Notes: generated by a model not told the origin, from the letters alone. DNA of 64,000 nucleotides from Carcharhinus amblyrhynchos (GCA_965287045.1 OZ336889.1:33976001-34040000), one strand, 5' to 3'. Shown: positions 1-11,501, numbered from the stretch's first letter. Translations and numbers: made by a program.

Positions 1-83
1 TGTTCAAGGCTGAGATAGACAGATTTTCAATCAGTAAGGGAATCGAGGTTATGGGGATAAGGCAAGAAAGTGGATTGAGGAGT

Positions 84-364
84 AAAGTTTATTTATTAGT
101 CACAAGTAAGGCTTACATTAACACTGCAATGAAGTTACTGTGAAATTTCCCTAGTTGCCACATTCCAGCACCTGTTCGGGTCAATGCACCTAACCAGCGC
201 ATCTTTCAGACTGTGGGAGGAAACCACAGCATCCGGAGGAAACCCACACAGACGCAAGGAGAACACACAGACTCCACACAGACAATGACGCAAGCCAGGA
301 GTCAAACCCAGGTCCCTGGCGTTGTGAGGCAGCAGCACTAACCACTGTGCTACCATACTGCCCC
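84..364 (-). mobile_element. tRNA-derived SINE (HE1/V-SINE-like head, alternative tail ending AATAAACTTT)
   Basis: Reverse strand starts GGGGCAGTATGGTAGCACAGTGGTTAG (A box) with a B-box remnant; body shared with about 10 other copies in the window. Confidence 0.85.
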
Positions 365-411
365 GATTATCATATCAGATCAGTCATGATCTCATTGTAT
401 GGTGGACCAGA

Positions 412-838
412 TTCCAAGATGACCAAGACTGCAAGAAACTACTTGTGAACGTAGTCCAGTCCATCACACAAACCAGCCCCCTATCCATTGACTTCATCTA
501 CACTACCCGCTGCATCAGAAATGCAGCCAGCGTAATCAAGGACCCCACACATTTTGGACATACTCTCTTTCACTTTCTTCTGTTGGGAAAAAGATACAAA
601 TGTCTAAGATCGTACCAACCTTCTTTCCTGCTGCCATTAGACTTTTGAATGGACCTACCATATATTAAGTTGATCTTTCTCTCCATCCTAGCTCTGACTG
701 TAACACTACCGTAGATACCCTCCCCTTTCATTCTCCCCTATGTACTCTATGAATGCTATGCTTTGTCTGTATAGCAGGCCAGAAACAATGCTGTTCACTT
801 TATCCCAATACATGTGACAATAATAAATCAATAAAATT
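412..838 (+). mobile_element. 3' fragment of a second LINE family (Rex1/Babar- or L2-like)
   Basis: Decayed RT C-terminus (A.S.IKDPTH.GH.LF.LL..G.RY) and AATAAATCAA tail; same family in reverse at 63.02-63.35 kb. Confidence 0.65.
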
Positions 839-1814
839 CAGTGGACTGAATGGCCCATCTCTGTTCCTACATCTTATGGTCTTCTCATAATTGAAAATAG
901 TAATTACTAATTCTGCAAAAAGCTCTATGTCATCCCAATTATCGCGATCAACGCCGATGGCGATTCTCTAACTGGAGCTAAAAAAAAGGAACGACTTCGC
1001 CTGTACATGTAGTGGGAGATTTGCTCTGGAATGATAGTCACATCTCTGGAGTGCACTCCTGTAAGACCTGCCTGCCACTCTGCACACCAGCAGTTGCTAA
1101 ACCGAGGACCATCAGGTGATTATGTAATCTGGCAATAATCCTGACAACCTACCCTTACACTTATTGCAAAAGCTTGGCATCTGCACATAGCTGTTTGCAC
1201 AAGATTTTAGAAACAACAAAAAAGAGAGAATGGCTCAGAGATTTGTCATTGCACGCTGGGCACCCGGCTCTCACTTTGCGGCTGTGCCAGCGGTGAAACG
1301 CGAACCATTTGTTCTCTGGGTGTTTTGAATACAGTCGATGTTTTTTCTCTCTCTCTTTGAGACTCTTTTGAATCTTACAGATCAGATATCGGGCAGATCT
1401 CCAATGCTGGAGCTCCACCCAGTGGAATGTATGCAAGTGCTCAGGAGCAGTTTAAAAGCTCGGCACACACAATGAGAATGAACACGCTGCCGACCATTAT
1501 TGATTTTTTATTGTGTTTTATGTTTGTTTTCGCAAATAACATAGATGTGAACCGCCGCCAAAAAAAGATTTAAAAAATCATTGTCCAATTTTTGGAGAGG
1601 CTTTTATTTCCGTTTTGCTTTCCCTTGCCCGTGCAGGCCCTGGTGAATGTTTGGGCTGTGTGTTTATGTGTGTGTCACACATTGACACACCGCCTTATTT
1701 TAAATCGGCCTTTTGTGGCGAGGTGTGCGAAGGGGTCAGTGGTGACTGGGTTTGAAGTCCACGCCACAAAACAAGGTCTTGTTGCTCCTGCCCAAACAAA
1801 CAAATTAACACCTT

Positions 1815-1829
1815 CCTATAGATGGCGCC
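1815..1829 (+). promoter_or_regulatory. CTCF-like motif CCTATAGATGGCGCC
   Basis: Close match to the CTCF core CCASYAGRKGGCRS. Confidence 0.55.
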
Positions 1830-2856
1830 TGACACCCCAGCATTCGCAGTAAATCTGCCTCCCCCCACACACAGCTCTTTTGAGTGACAGAAGCAGGGTG
1901 TGAGGGGAACACTTATTAACCGCGCCTGATCTCCCAAATTGATCATTATCGAACTGCGTGCACTCGATTAATAGGATCCATTTCGAAAATCCAATCAAGT
2001 TTTGCCAACACCACTATTTAGATTCACCCCGATGAAGAAAAAACATTAAGACTTCGGTAAATTGATTTTTTTTGTTTGGAAAATTGGCTCCAAACCGTTT
2101 CTCATTACATTTTGTACTTTACCTGACGCCAGGTATGTTCAGAAAATAATTGTATGTCAAAGCTTCCTCGGCTGGACAATGTAGAAAATAGCACCCCCGA
2201 AAGATTCAAAAAAAGATTGTTTCTTTTTACTGTTCCACGTAAATTTGCAACTGGATAACATCAGGCTAACTGGAAAACAACAGGGTATTGGTCCAGTATC
2301 CTGATAGTGTTTCAATCTAGATTTCCTTAGTTAAGGTGAGGGTAGTATTTCGGGAAATTAAATGGTTTCAATTCGTAATGTACCTTCACTGTAACGCACA
2401 GGGTGCACAGCACACAACGCGCGTTTATGTCAGCTTAACCAGGCCATGAAGAGTTTCATATTTTAAAATTTATTGGACGTACTGTAAAGAATAATGAGCC
2501 CTTTGTCAACCTTGTTTTTTGAAGGCCACGGTTCCCAACATTAAAATGCATTCTCAATCATACGTTAGTTAATAAATCAGTAATATGGATATTTAGAATT
2601 ACTGCAGTTTTTTTTATATATTTCACTGTACCTCTGCCCAAACGACACTGGTACAGGAACAGGACAGTGGTTATGGCCCATGCCTGAACATCACCCCAAC
2701 CCCCACCCCCACCGCACTCCCCAACCAAAAGAAGCATAAAATGATTCTCAATTATACGACCAGACGGGCAAGTCTGTGATGAATGTTCCGCCGACTGGCC
2801 AAGGAGTGACCTTTCCACTCTGCCCGGGTCACTGGGATTGTTCCTAGTTTGCTAGC

Positions 2857-2871
2857 CCCCTAGATGGCGCT
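2857..2871 (+). promoter_or_regulatory. CTCF-like motif CCCCTAGATGGCGCT
   Basis: Close match to the CTCF core. Confidence 0.65.
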
Positions 2872-3864
2872 CAGTCACCAGGGAAAGGGTGGCCCCGGCA
2901 CATCAATCGCCTCTTGCAGTGGCTGGACTGCGGCTCCTGAAATCGCAGATCAGATCAACGGAGGCGCCAGGTGAGTGATATGCTAGGGTAATCCAAATAG
3001 TATTGCACATTGTTTATTCTGATCCACGAGCGCCACGCTGGTTATTGATTAACGCCGCCGTAGACAGGTCAGTGCAGACTATTTCCTTCCACCTCACATT
3101 GGGCTCGCTTCAAGACTTTTTCGTATCTTGCCCCTGTCGAGAGAGGGGTGGACGCCTCTCCGATGCGCTTTGAATTTAATCCTTACAAGTCACACACGTC
3201 AACTGTTCTTAATTGGTTTTAAAAATGAAACCCCAATTGCGGCAACGAATTCCAAATCATACATAGGAAAATAATCAAGGCAGACTATGGGCCGACTGCC
3301 CTTTGGCTGTTCCTCTGACATTACATATGTTTACATTTCCTTATATGACCACAGTACCTTTTTATTAGACCTTTCCTCCTTTTAGGTCAAATACAAACTA
3401 CTTCGCAATCCCAGCAGCATTGGGTGTTGAGAATGCTGTAAAGACCTTGTTCTTTTGTTAAGTTAGGAAACAAAGTCGAGATTTATTTGCCAATATGACT
3501 TTCTATTACTTGTTACCACAGGAGCTAGAAAACCAGCCTCCAACTATAGATGGGACAATTCAAATCAGTCAAAGACTATATCCTGAAAACACTCAAGTGT
3601 AAATGTTTCACGGTGTGTAAAAATGGGCTTGAGGAGTGCTGCGAGTTTTCCTTTTAGTAGTATATTGTGTTGTCGGAAAGAAAAATAGCTAGGAAAAATC
3701 AGGTTTTTCTCTGTGACAATAATCTCTGCAAAGGTGCAAATACGATGGCAACAACGATGATGTGAAAGAGGCATTTATCAGTGTCAAATGAGCTGCAATC
3801 TTACTTATTACAATAAATTACTGGTATAATGGAGAGCAACGTAATAGGCGAGCGAGTGAGACTC

Positions 3865-4450
3865 TTTAATACTGAACGGAGTGAGGCAATCTAACAATGG
3901 ATAGGGTGAGGCGGGCTATGTGATACTGGAGGGATGTGGCTATATACTAGAGGGAGTGAGGTTATGTATATCACTGGGGGGCTTGAGGTTATCTAACACT
4001 GGAGGGAGCAAGGTTAAGTAACACTGAACAGAGTGAGGCCACGTAACAATGGAGTGAGCCAGCAGATATCATACGGGACGGAGGAGATGTAACACTGGAT
4101 GAAGTGAGGCTAAGTAACACTGGAGGACTTAAAGGTATGTAACACTGGAGGGTTGAGGTTACATAATACTGGACGAAATGGGGCTAACACTGGAGGAAGT
4201 GTGGTTGTCTAACACAGTGGAGAAGGCATGTAACACACGTAACAAAGTGGGAAGGAAGCATATGTAACACAGGGGGAGGCAGGGCATGTAACAGTGGGGA
4301 GTAAGCATACACAATGGGTGGGCTATGTTAAAAAGTGGGGAATGAGGCTATCTAACTCAGTGGGAAATGAGACACTAACAGTGGGGAGTGAGGAGTGGAT
4401 ATCTACCACAATAGAGAGGGTTTGTAACAAAGTGCAGTGCCAAGCTATGT
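3865..4450. repeat. Degenerate ~25-bp tandem repeat, consensus about TAACACTGGAGGGAGTGAGGCTATG
   Basis: About 20 or more diverged units starting TAACAC/TAATAC/TAACAA, for example at 3994, 4019, 4090, 4115, 4140, 4164, 4185. Confidence 0.85.
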
Positions 4451-4639
4451 AAGAATTGGCGGGGGGGGGGGGGGGGGGGCGCACATGACAAAAGCAAGAC
4501 CTTTGGCGGGAATTCCCCCAGCTGGGTGAGAAATTGAAAATGGAAACAATATTGGTGGATAATAAACCACAATGATTGAGCCAAATTGGTATGTTGTGCA
4601 CCCTGTGTAACGGACTGGAAGTGTGATCGGAATAACTGC

Positions 4640-5453
4640 GACAAGGCAGGCTTGGATAAAAATTTATTGAAACTTTTTGAGAACTTCAAAGCGAAACAAA
4701 AATAGTACAAGAAAAACCAAGAACTTTCAACATTTTATAACACAAAATATACCTTCATTTTATTTTTTTCAACTCTCGGCACTTTCAAGCTATAGAGCAT
4801 AAAATCTCCATTCATTTTGACACCATAGAAAACCCCCAAAGCGTCTTCATTTCTCCTCAAGCAACTGGCGAGCTCTTTTTTTTTCGTTACTCTAGACAGT
4901 AGCACTTTAACACTGAAACCATGGTAAAAGCTAAAAAAAAATGGCACGTCTTGTACTCGGATCTATAAAGTTCTGTCTTAATGGTGGCATGGTAAGACAT
5001 TGCTAGGTAAAAAGTGGTAAACCATGCCGGCACTCTGGTTAATAAGGAGTTGTGTTGAAATGAGTATGACGAACGAATAAAAGGCTTGGAGCCTTATATA
5101 CAGATGTATGTACACCAGCAATAAATTAAAGTATAATTTCCAGTATTCTAATTTCAGTATATTTACACATGTTATCAAATAATTACATAAATACTTTATA
5201 ATAGGTCTCCGTTTCTTTCTGTTATTGCATATATATGAAAAGCATGTTGACATCTACAGACCAAACTACCGATGGTGCCCGGAAAATTCCATCTTCCACT
5301 TTTTCGGCTACTTTTTTTTGTTTGCTAAGTTGGGAAAGTGGATAATACCAAGGCTCTACACTAGCTTTAAGAAAAAGAAACAAGATTGTACTTGTGTGAC
5401 ATGCAAAGCCCTTTTTCTTTGTGTTTCTGGCTTTCCTATATCACCTTCCTTTA
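4640..5453 (-). other. tbx3: tbx3 3'UTR (proximal isoform, end approximate)
   Basis: AT-rich sequence after the stop codon, with minus-strand AATAAA at 4759-4764 and 4663-4668. Confidence 0.7.
4663..4668 (-). terminator. Polyadenylation signal AATAAA (candidate main tbx3 signal; second candidate 4759-4764)
   Basis: TTTATT on + strand, preceded in transcript sense by U-rich sequence containing TGTA. Confidence 0.55.
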
Positions 5454-5918
5454 TCAAGGGGAATCGCTCCGGCTTGACCGATCCTGTTTCGTTTCCAGTC
5501 CGCTGACCAGGCGCTGGATGTTCTGGAGCTGGTTGGGCGTCTCTTTCTCTGAACACTGTTTCGGCGACAAGGAGATCGATCCCGAGGAGAGGGTGGAGGA
5601 CCTGCTGTTGACCTCAGAGCCCGAGTCCAAGCCGGCTGACACGGGGCTGGTGGCCATGCTGTTCACCCCCTTCGCCTCGCCGGGGGCGGCCATGGTCGGC
5701 AGGGTGGTGGCCAGCAAGCTGCTGTTGTCCATGCCGGGCACGGGGAAGGTGTAAGGGCTATACCTCAAGCGGGGCCGCACTGCGCTGAGGAACGGATGGC
5801 GGTGGATAGAGGACGCGACCGACGACGGGACTCCGGCGGGCACGGAAGCCGCCGCCGCAGCGGCCATGTAGGTGTAGGGGTAGGGGAAAAGGCTACCGAA
5901 AGGTGACATCGCCAGACC
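5454..5918 (-). CDS. tbx3: TBX3 coding exon 7 (last), repression-domain region and stop
   Basis: Acceptor TTGACAG|; encodes [25 protein letters not shown]...RPRLRYSPY...[24 protein letters not shown]. Summed CDS is 2166 nt = 721 aa plus stop. Confidence 0.96.
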   Translation of the reverse strand, partial: GLAMSPFGSLFPYPYTYMAAAAAASVPAGVPSSVASSIHRHPFLSAVRPRLRYSPYTFPVPGMDNSSLLATTLPTMAAPGEAKGVNSMATSPVSAGLDSGSEVNSRSSTLSSGSISLSPKQCSEKETPNQLQNIQRLVSGLETKQDRSSRSDSP

Positions 5919-6655
5919 CTGTCAACGTAACGAGAAAAGTCAGTTCATGTTTGCAACAACCAATGCTAATTGCCGATACAATTGGGATGGATTAGACTGG
6001 ATTCCCCGCGTTCAGTGAATCCATTAACCCAGAAGTAATTCAACACTTTGTGTAGATTTACGGAAATGAGGCAGGTGGACATTGTAGAGCATCTTAAACT
6101 CCCGTCCAAAGTACACACTTTAGAGTTACTTAAATTCGAGTCCTGGTAACAACAAAAAGTCTGTAATTACATGCAAATATCTTACTCCCCTATATCTCTG
6201 TTACAATTGCTCAGACAGACAGAACATAAGTCAAATGGGATGACAGATATAGAGTGTGATGCTATTTAGCCACTCGAAAAGTTTATCTTGATTAATATTG
6301 TATATTTTGCATAATAATTGATTTTTTAAAAATATTTTAAGATTATCTATCTTGTATCAATCATCTGGCGTTTACAATCATTCTCAGGGTGAGGTTAGAA
6401 ACGGAAAGTCGGAGATTCAACATTTTTTTTATTTTTCTCAAAGGCTTCAGTCCCTCACATATTACACAAGGCCGATGTGTGAATGCTGTTCCCAGAAAGT
6501 CTACTTTCTAACATTTTAATTTTAAAAAAAGACTTAAAAAGTAATGCTCAAATGTTTGTCAGCCAAGTTACTTATGAAGAGAAGTAACTTACGTTATGAA
6601 ATGCTTGATTTAACACATTGTTGGAACACAGGCAATGACAAGAAGGGAGGTTTAC

Positions 6656-7308
6656 CTGAGAGGCCAGGACTTGTTGTTGGAGGTGAAATGGGAGAGTTGC
6701 CGCGGATCCGCCAGCTAGTCCCTGCTGTGAAGAAACAAGTGTGTCCAGGCCGCTGAGTCCCCCCGCGGTGCCCGACATTGAGGCTAGCAGGTGACCCATA
6801 CCTGCTGCCATATTTGGGAAGGCCCCACCCATAGCAAACTGGCTGGGGTGCAAGAAAAGGGGGTGTCCCGCGCCCAGTGGGGTAAAGAAGTGCTGGCCAG
6901 ATAAATTATGAGAAAAGGCGAGGTTCTGTAAGTGTCCGTGGTTCAGGTGCGAGATACTATCCGTCTGGACGGTCAGAGGCGAATAGGGCTCCTTGCCCAA
7001 AGCATTGGATTCATCCGCTTTCTGGTGATGGTCTCGAACTGGACTTTTGATCTCGGGGCCCTCGCCATTAACGACTCTGGTGCTGGAGGGGGTGTTAGTC
7101 GGGCTGCGCTGCAAATCCGTCAAGCTCTTGTCAGTCCTCGAGCTTTCATGTTCTCTGACTCTGCTCCCAGACTCCGAAGGGCGTGGGTGCGATTTGATGG
7201 GGTCGCGTTCCTCGCTAGCTGCTGACAGCTTTCCTGAGTCCGGCCCTTCCTGAAGGGGCTCGTCCTTACTGTCCATGTCGCTTTCTTCCTCATCGCTTTG
7301 CAGAGCGC
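6656..7308 (-). CDS. tbx3: TBX3 coding exon 6
   Basis: Acceptor TATCTCAG|GC; encodes [16 protein letters not shown]...PLTVQTD...[17 protein letters not shown]...[13 protein letters not shown]; donor CAG|GTAAAC; 653 nt. Confidence 0.93.
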
Positions 7309-7575
7309 CTGAGATACGGGTACAGCAATTTTTTAAAACATAAAGTTAAAAAAAGTAACAGCTGAGATATGGTGGCATTTTTTAAGCACTCGGTTAGTAA
7401 GACTGCGGGGTCTCTCAAAGTGACACTTCCCATTAACAAACCACAATGCATTGACACCACGCTGTTGAAATACAGACAATGACAATTTAGGTGCAGGGAA
7501 TCCACATCCCGTCTCTCTGGGGTTTCTTGTTACAGCATTTAAAACAGAAAATATTGTTTTGTTACATATACATAT

Positions 7576-7885
7576 GGGCAGCAAGGTGGTCAGCTCTGTA
7601 GCCTCACAACGCCAGGGACCCGGGTTCAATTCCGGTTTCCGGCCTGTCGGTGGGGAGTTTGCACATTCTCCCCGTGTCTGAGTGGGTTTCCCCCGGGTGC
7701 TCCCGTTTCCTCTCACAGTCCAAAGGTGTGCTGGTTAGGTGCATTGGCCGTGCTAAATTGATCCTTGGTGTCAGGGGGTAAATACTTGGGGTTACGGGGA
7801 TAAGGCATGGGTGGGATTGTTGATGCAGGTTCGATGGGCCAGATGGCCACCTTCTGCACTGTAGGAATTCTCAGATTATGATTAT
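7576..7885 (+). mobile_element. HE1-like SINE in tbx3 intron 5
   Basis: GGGCAGCAAGGTGG head, GGGTTCAATTCC B box, shared body, CR1-like tail (CGATGGGCC...CTGCACTGTAGG). Confidence 0.85.
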
Positions 7886-8198
7886 ATAATATGATAATTA
7901 ATGATGTAGTTTTACCGAATGAGGAGATTTCTTATTCTATTTACAAGTTACTAAATTCCACATAATTCCAGCGTCTGTACACAAGGGCGAACGCTCTCTC
8001 GGAACCCAATTTTACAGCAGCAGGACAGTAAATAGAAGCATCTTGAGCAGCGCTGAGTTACTGGGCTGAGGGGTGATAAGGATCTTCAGTACAAACATAT
8101 ACTCAATTAATGTGCGAGTGGAACACAAACTTTAGTCGCGCCTTTTATATATATAAAAAGAACAAACAAGACCCCTTTGTAGGTAACAAAATAATAAC

Positions 8199-8362
8199 CT
8201 TTTAAGTTGGCAGTTCCTGGCGTGGAAACAGCGGGGGAGGTAGTCTGTGCGAAGCATTTGAAAGCCGGTTGCTCACTGGATGAGTCGTCCGATGTCCCAT
8301 TCTCTTTGGAGCCCTTCTGCTGCTCCTCATAGACTCGGAGGGATTGAATTGCCAACTGTTTT
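8199..8362 (-). CDS. tbx3: TBX3 coding exon 5
   Basis: [54 protein letters not shown] resembles TBX3. Acceptor AATAAAAG|, donor G|GTTATT; 164 nt keeps frame with exons 4 and 6. Confidence 0.9.
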
Positions 8363-8746
8363 CTTTTATTTAAAAAAAACACAAGGCGGACAATGATTTA
8401 AGTTTCGAGTTATCCAATAGCTGTCCCTATCATTTTTAGTTTTATTTCATCCTGCGTTCCAGTCATGTTGGATTGTGGTTTGTGCATTAACATTCTCTGG
8501 GCAGTCGCTTTTAAGCAAAAATAGAACAGCTAAGGTAGCCACCAAGAGCAAACGCCAAAAGATACCGCGCTGCAGCAAAATGCAAGAACTCCTCATTTCC
8601 CACCACCCCATCCTACCCCCTCCCCCGTTTCTGTCTTACTGGGACGATGACAGCGCTCTATCAGATTGTGGTTAAGATCATGGATAGAACCAGGCCCCAA
8701 ACAGTCCACCCATTTGATAAATCGACCTGAACCCAACTAAACTCAC

Positions 8747-8823
8747 CTCTTCTCTCTTCTCCCATTGCCCGTGTCACGAAATCCTTTGGCAAATGGATTG
8801 TTGTCGATTTTTAGCTGGGTTAT
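8747..8823 (-). CDS. tbx3: TBX3 coding exon 4 (end of T-box, start of NLS)
   Basis: Manual translation: ITQLKIDNNPFAKGFRDTGNGRREK(R). Acceptor CATCTAG|, donor AG|GTGAGT; 77 nt. Confidence 0.97.
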
Positions 8824-10268
8824 CTAGATGGAAAATATGCAAGTTTAAATACTTTCCCGTTGCTCGGCGGGACAGTGCGACAGTCAGCTACAAACTTCAC
8901 TGGGAGTGCGCAGGCTCTACTGAAAAAGTTACCAGAGAAATTCGGAGGCCAGATATCAAATCGTAATTACGTTATTACTTCGCATTACTATTTAGAGTAA
9001 ATAAGTGTGGAATTATGTTAAAGCGACATTAAACACTTCAATCTATTATCCATCTGTGCCTGATCTGGAGCTGTAACGTTTCCTTCCCACTAATTCTGCC
9101 TTCATCGCACTTAACCGTGGGCCAACACTGAATACAACCACACTGTCAGAATATATCGGTGCAGAAACTTGGGTTCAGTGCTACTGCCGTTTAAATCACA
9201 GTATTTATTTTATTAAATGCAAGGTGCAATCCACGGATCTGCACCCTCCCTCCCCCAAATAAATCACCTTCAATTCATGATAACCCGCGTGTGAGCGAGT
9301 ACAAGCCAGGCAGGCACCTTTTTATCAGGGAGAGATAGGGTGCAAGCCGGGTCTGGCGTCAGCACCGTCTTTTGCTCACTGTTGACTCTAAGTCAACAGT
9401 AACTTTATGGCCCATTCTCATCCTCCTTTCAATAGGGCCGAGGTTTTAACTAGGTTGAAATCATTGTCCTTTAAAATAATGAACTGGAGATAATAATGCA
9501 ACAGGGACCAGGAACAGATCCAACACTCAAGCATGTTAACGTCATTTCATTTATCATCGTAACAGCCTTTTTCCTAATCAGTTTTATTCTCTGCAGCAGA
9601 CAACACATGATCAACAGCGCGCCGATCAAGAATTATCAACTCGCTTGCAGACAATGTACTTAGCTGCAACTCTCTTAATGAGATTCGCTGACTAACCAAA
9701 AGTCTGATGACGAGTTAAATACCAACGAAAAGGGTTCCAAGTCCCTTAAAAAATTACTGGGACAAAATTATCAACAATAATTAACTCAATTGTCCATCCT
9801 CAGATGTCTGTGAATGAGCACAATACTCCCCACATAACACCTTGGCTTAACATCTATTGTCCACCCACATGCATTGCCAATAAAGAGAGTGTGAAATGTC
9901 TTTTTTATATAATGACTGTAATTTAATAACACTTTAGAAATCTATTAAATCCTATTACCTGGCATAACAAAATTGCAAACTCACGTCCCACACAAACATA
10001 TGTCTTACAGCCTTGGGTCCTCAGCCACACAGGGTAACCCTCGCCAAAAAACTGACATTACAAAGCAAATCATCAGATCGAAAGGAGACCCAGTCTGTGC
10101 AACATATTCAGCAAACCTTCTTGCGGGTTAAATGGGCCTGCCATATTTTATTTAACTATCCTACCGATCAGAATAAATATTTTGATCTTTTTTATACCAC
10201 ATTGTAGCACAAGACAAGTCGACATCTATATTACAAAAAAAATGAGTTTCTGCAAATTGTGAACTTCA

Positions 10269-10430
<162 letters not shown>

Positions 10431-11501
10431 CTAAAGAGGACAAATCAAGCAAATTACAACCCGACCAAAGCGAGTGCAGTTGTACACATGGTATGACTGC
10501 TTCTAGATTCAGCCAGGCTGTTGGCTAAACGTGATGTTATTATATCGTTTTATTGTTTAATTGCACGCTGCTTATTAACGGTCGATCGGCAATAATATAA
10601 GCTAATAGCCAGTATAAAAGATTTCACAGGAAAGGACAGAGTTCAGCAGGAGTGTAAATCCGTCCTTCTACATGAACAGCTGACGGCTCGATTAACATTT
10701 GCACTATGGCCTGTCTCACTGTGTAAGCACTTGCAAAATGAAAAGTAACCGGTTTAGAAATATATTATGCCTATCTACAAATATCTGCTTACACGTGTGC
10801 ACCTCTGGCCTCCCTACATATGTGTCTATGCCGGCAAGACGGTTCACACACAATGCTGACATGCACGGTAGTAATTGAGAATGGTGTGAGTTAACTAGTA
10901 AACGGCTGCTCTCTAAGCATAAACAATTTCAGTCTGCTCAGTGCCCTGCATTTTGAGGATCATATTAAAATGCCTGGACTAATGGAGTTACTGCTCTCGT
11001 CATTGTTATTACAGTGGCTGGATTGTTTTTTTTTCTCTCTCTCTCGCCAGCAAGCATAATGCTTAATAAATTGCAGATTTGCCAAAATGCGTTGAGATTT
11101 TAAATATTTTCCCCTGCAAGTCATTGTCCATTGCCACCGAGATTTACAAACTGAACGTCGAGAAAGTTGACATGTGACTAAGCCTTATCACTTGCAGTGT
11201 CAGAGAAAATTGTAAAATATGATCCCAACGATCAAATACTTGCACAATCCCAGTTACTTAAAATGGCCGATCTTCACAATACCTCAGGTTGAGAACACAG
11301 TCATCACACATAGAAAAATAGTGCAAAAAAATGTAAAGCCCTCATATCAACACAAGTTTGTGCTTTAAAAAAAACTCTGAATGTGGAAAATATTTTAGCA
11401 TTTTAACCCCAGTCCGGCTAAAGTAGAAGCATATCACTACTTCTTGTTAAATCATTCAACCAAGTGGAGATTAATTCGAGAGGTAAATGTATTAAACTTA
11501 C

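Larger units (their letters stand above)
1..883 (+). mobile_element. CR1-type LINE 3' end split into three pieces (1-83, 365-411, 839-883)
   Basis: FKAEIDRF..KGIEGYG..A.KW-type ORF2 end followed by tail GATCAGTCATGATCTCATTG...GAATGGCC...CTTATGGTCTT; resembles the CR1 copy at 58.7-59.4 kb. Confidence 0.75.

Noticed and set aside
135-356. Recurrent ORFs of the type MVAQWLVLLPHNARDLG (also 28624, 43998, 53934, 55246, 58014)
   Set aside because: Translations of SINE copies, not genes.
84-364. tRNA genes
   Set aside because: A/B boxes belong to SINE heads; no complete cloverleaf seen.
3865-4450. CRISPR-like repeat-spacer array
   Set aside because: Eukaryotic context, conserved part only ~8 nt, spacers related to each other, no cas genes; it is a degenerate minisatellite.
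4900-4910. miR-17 family site GCACTTT (and CAGTATT at ~5141)
   Set aside because: Present on the + strand only, which is antisense to tbx3 mRNA.
10431-11501. Equivalent of the mammalian TBX3+2a 20-aa T-box insertion
   Set aside because: No recognisable LAFPSDHATWQGNY-like coding sequence in intron 2, and any in-frame upstream extension of exon 3 would end in the acceptor TAG, which is a stop.
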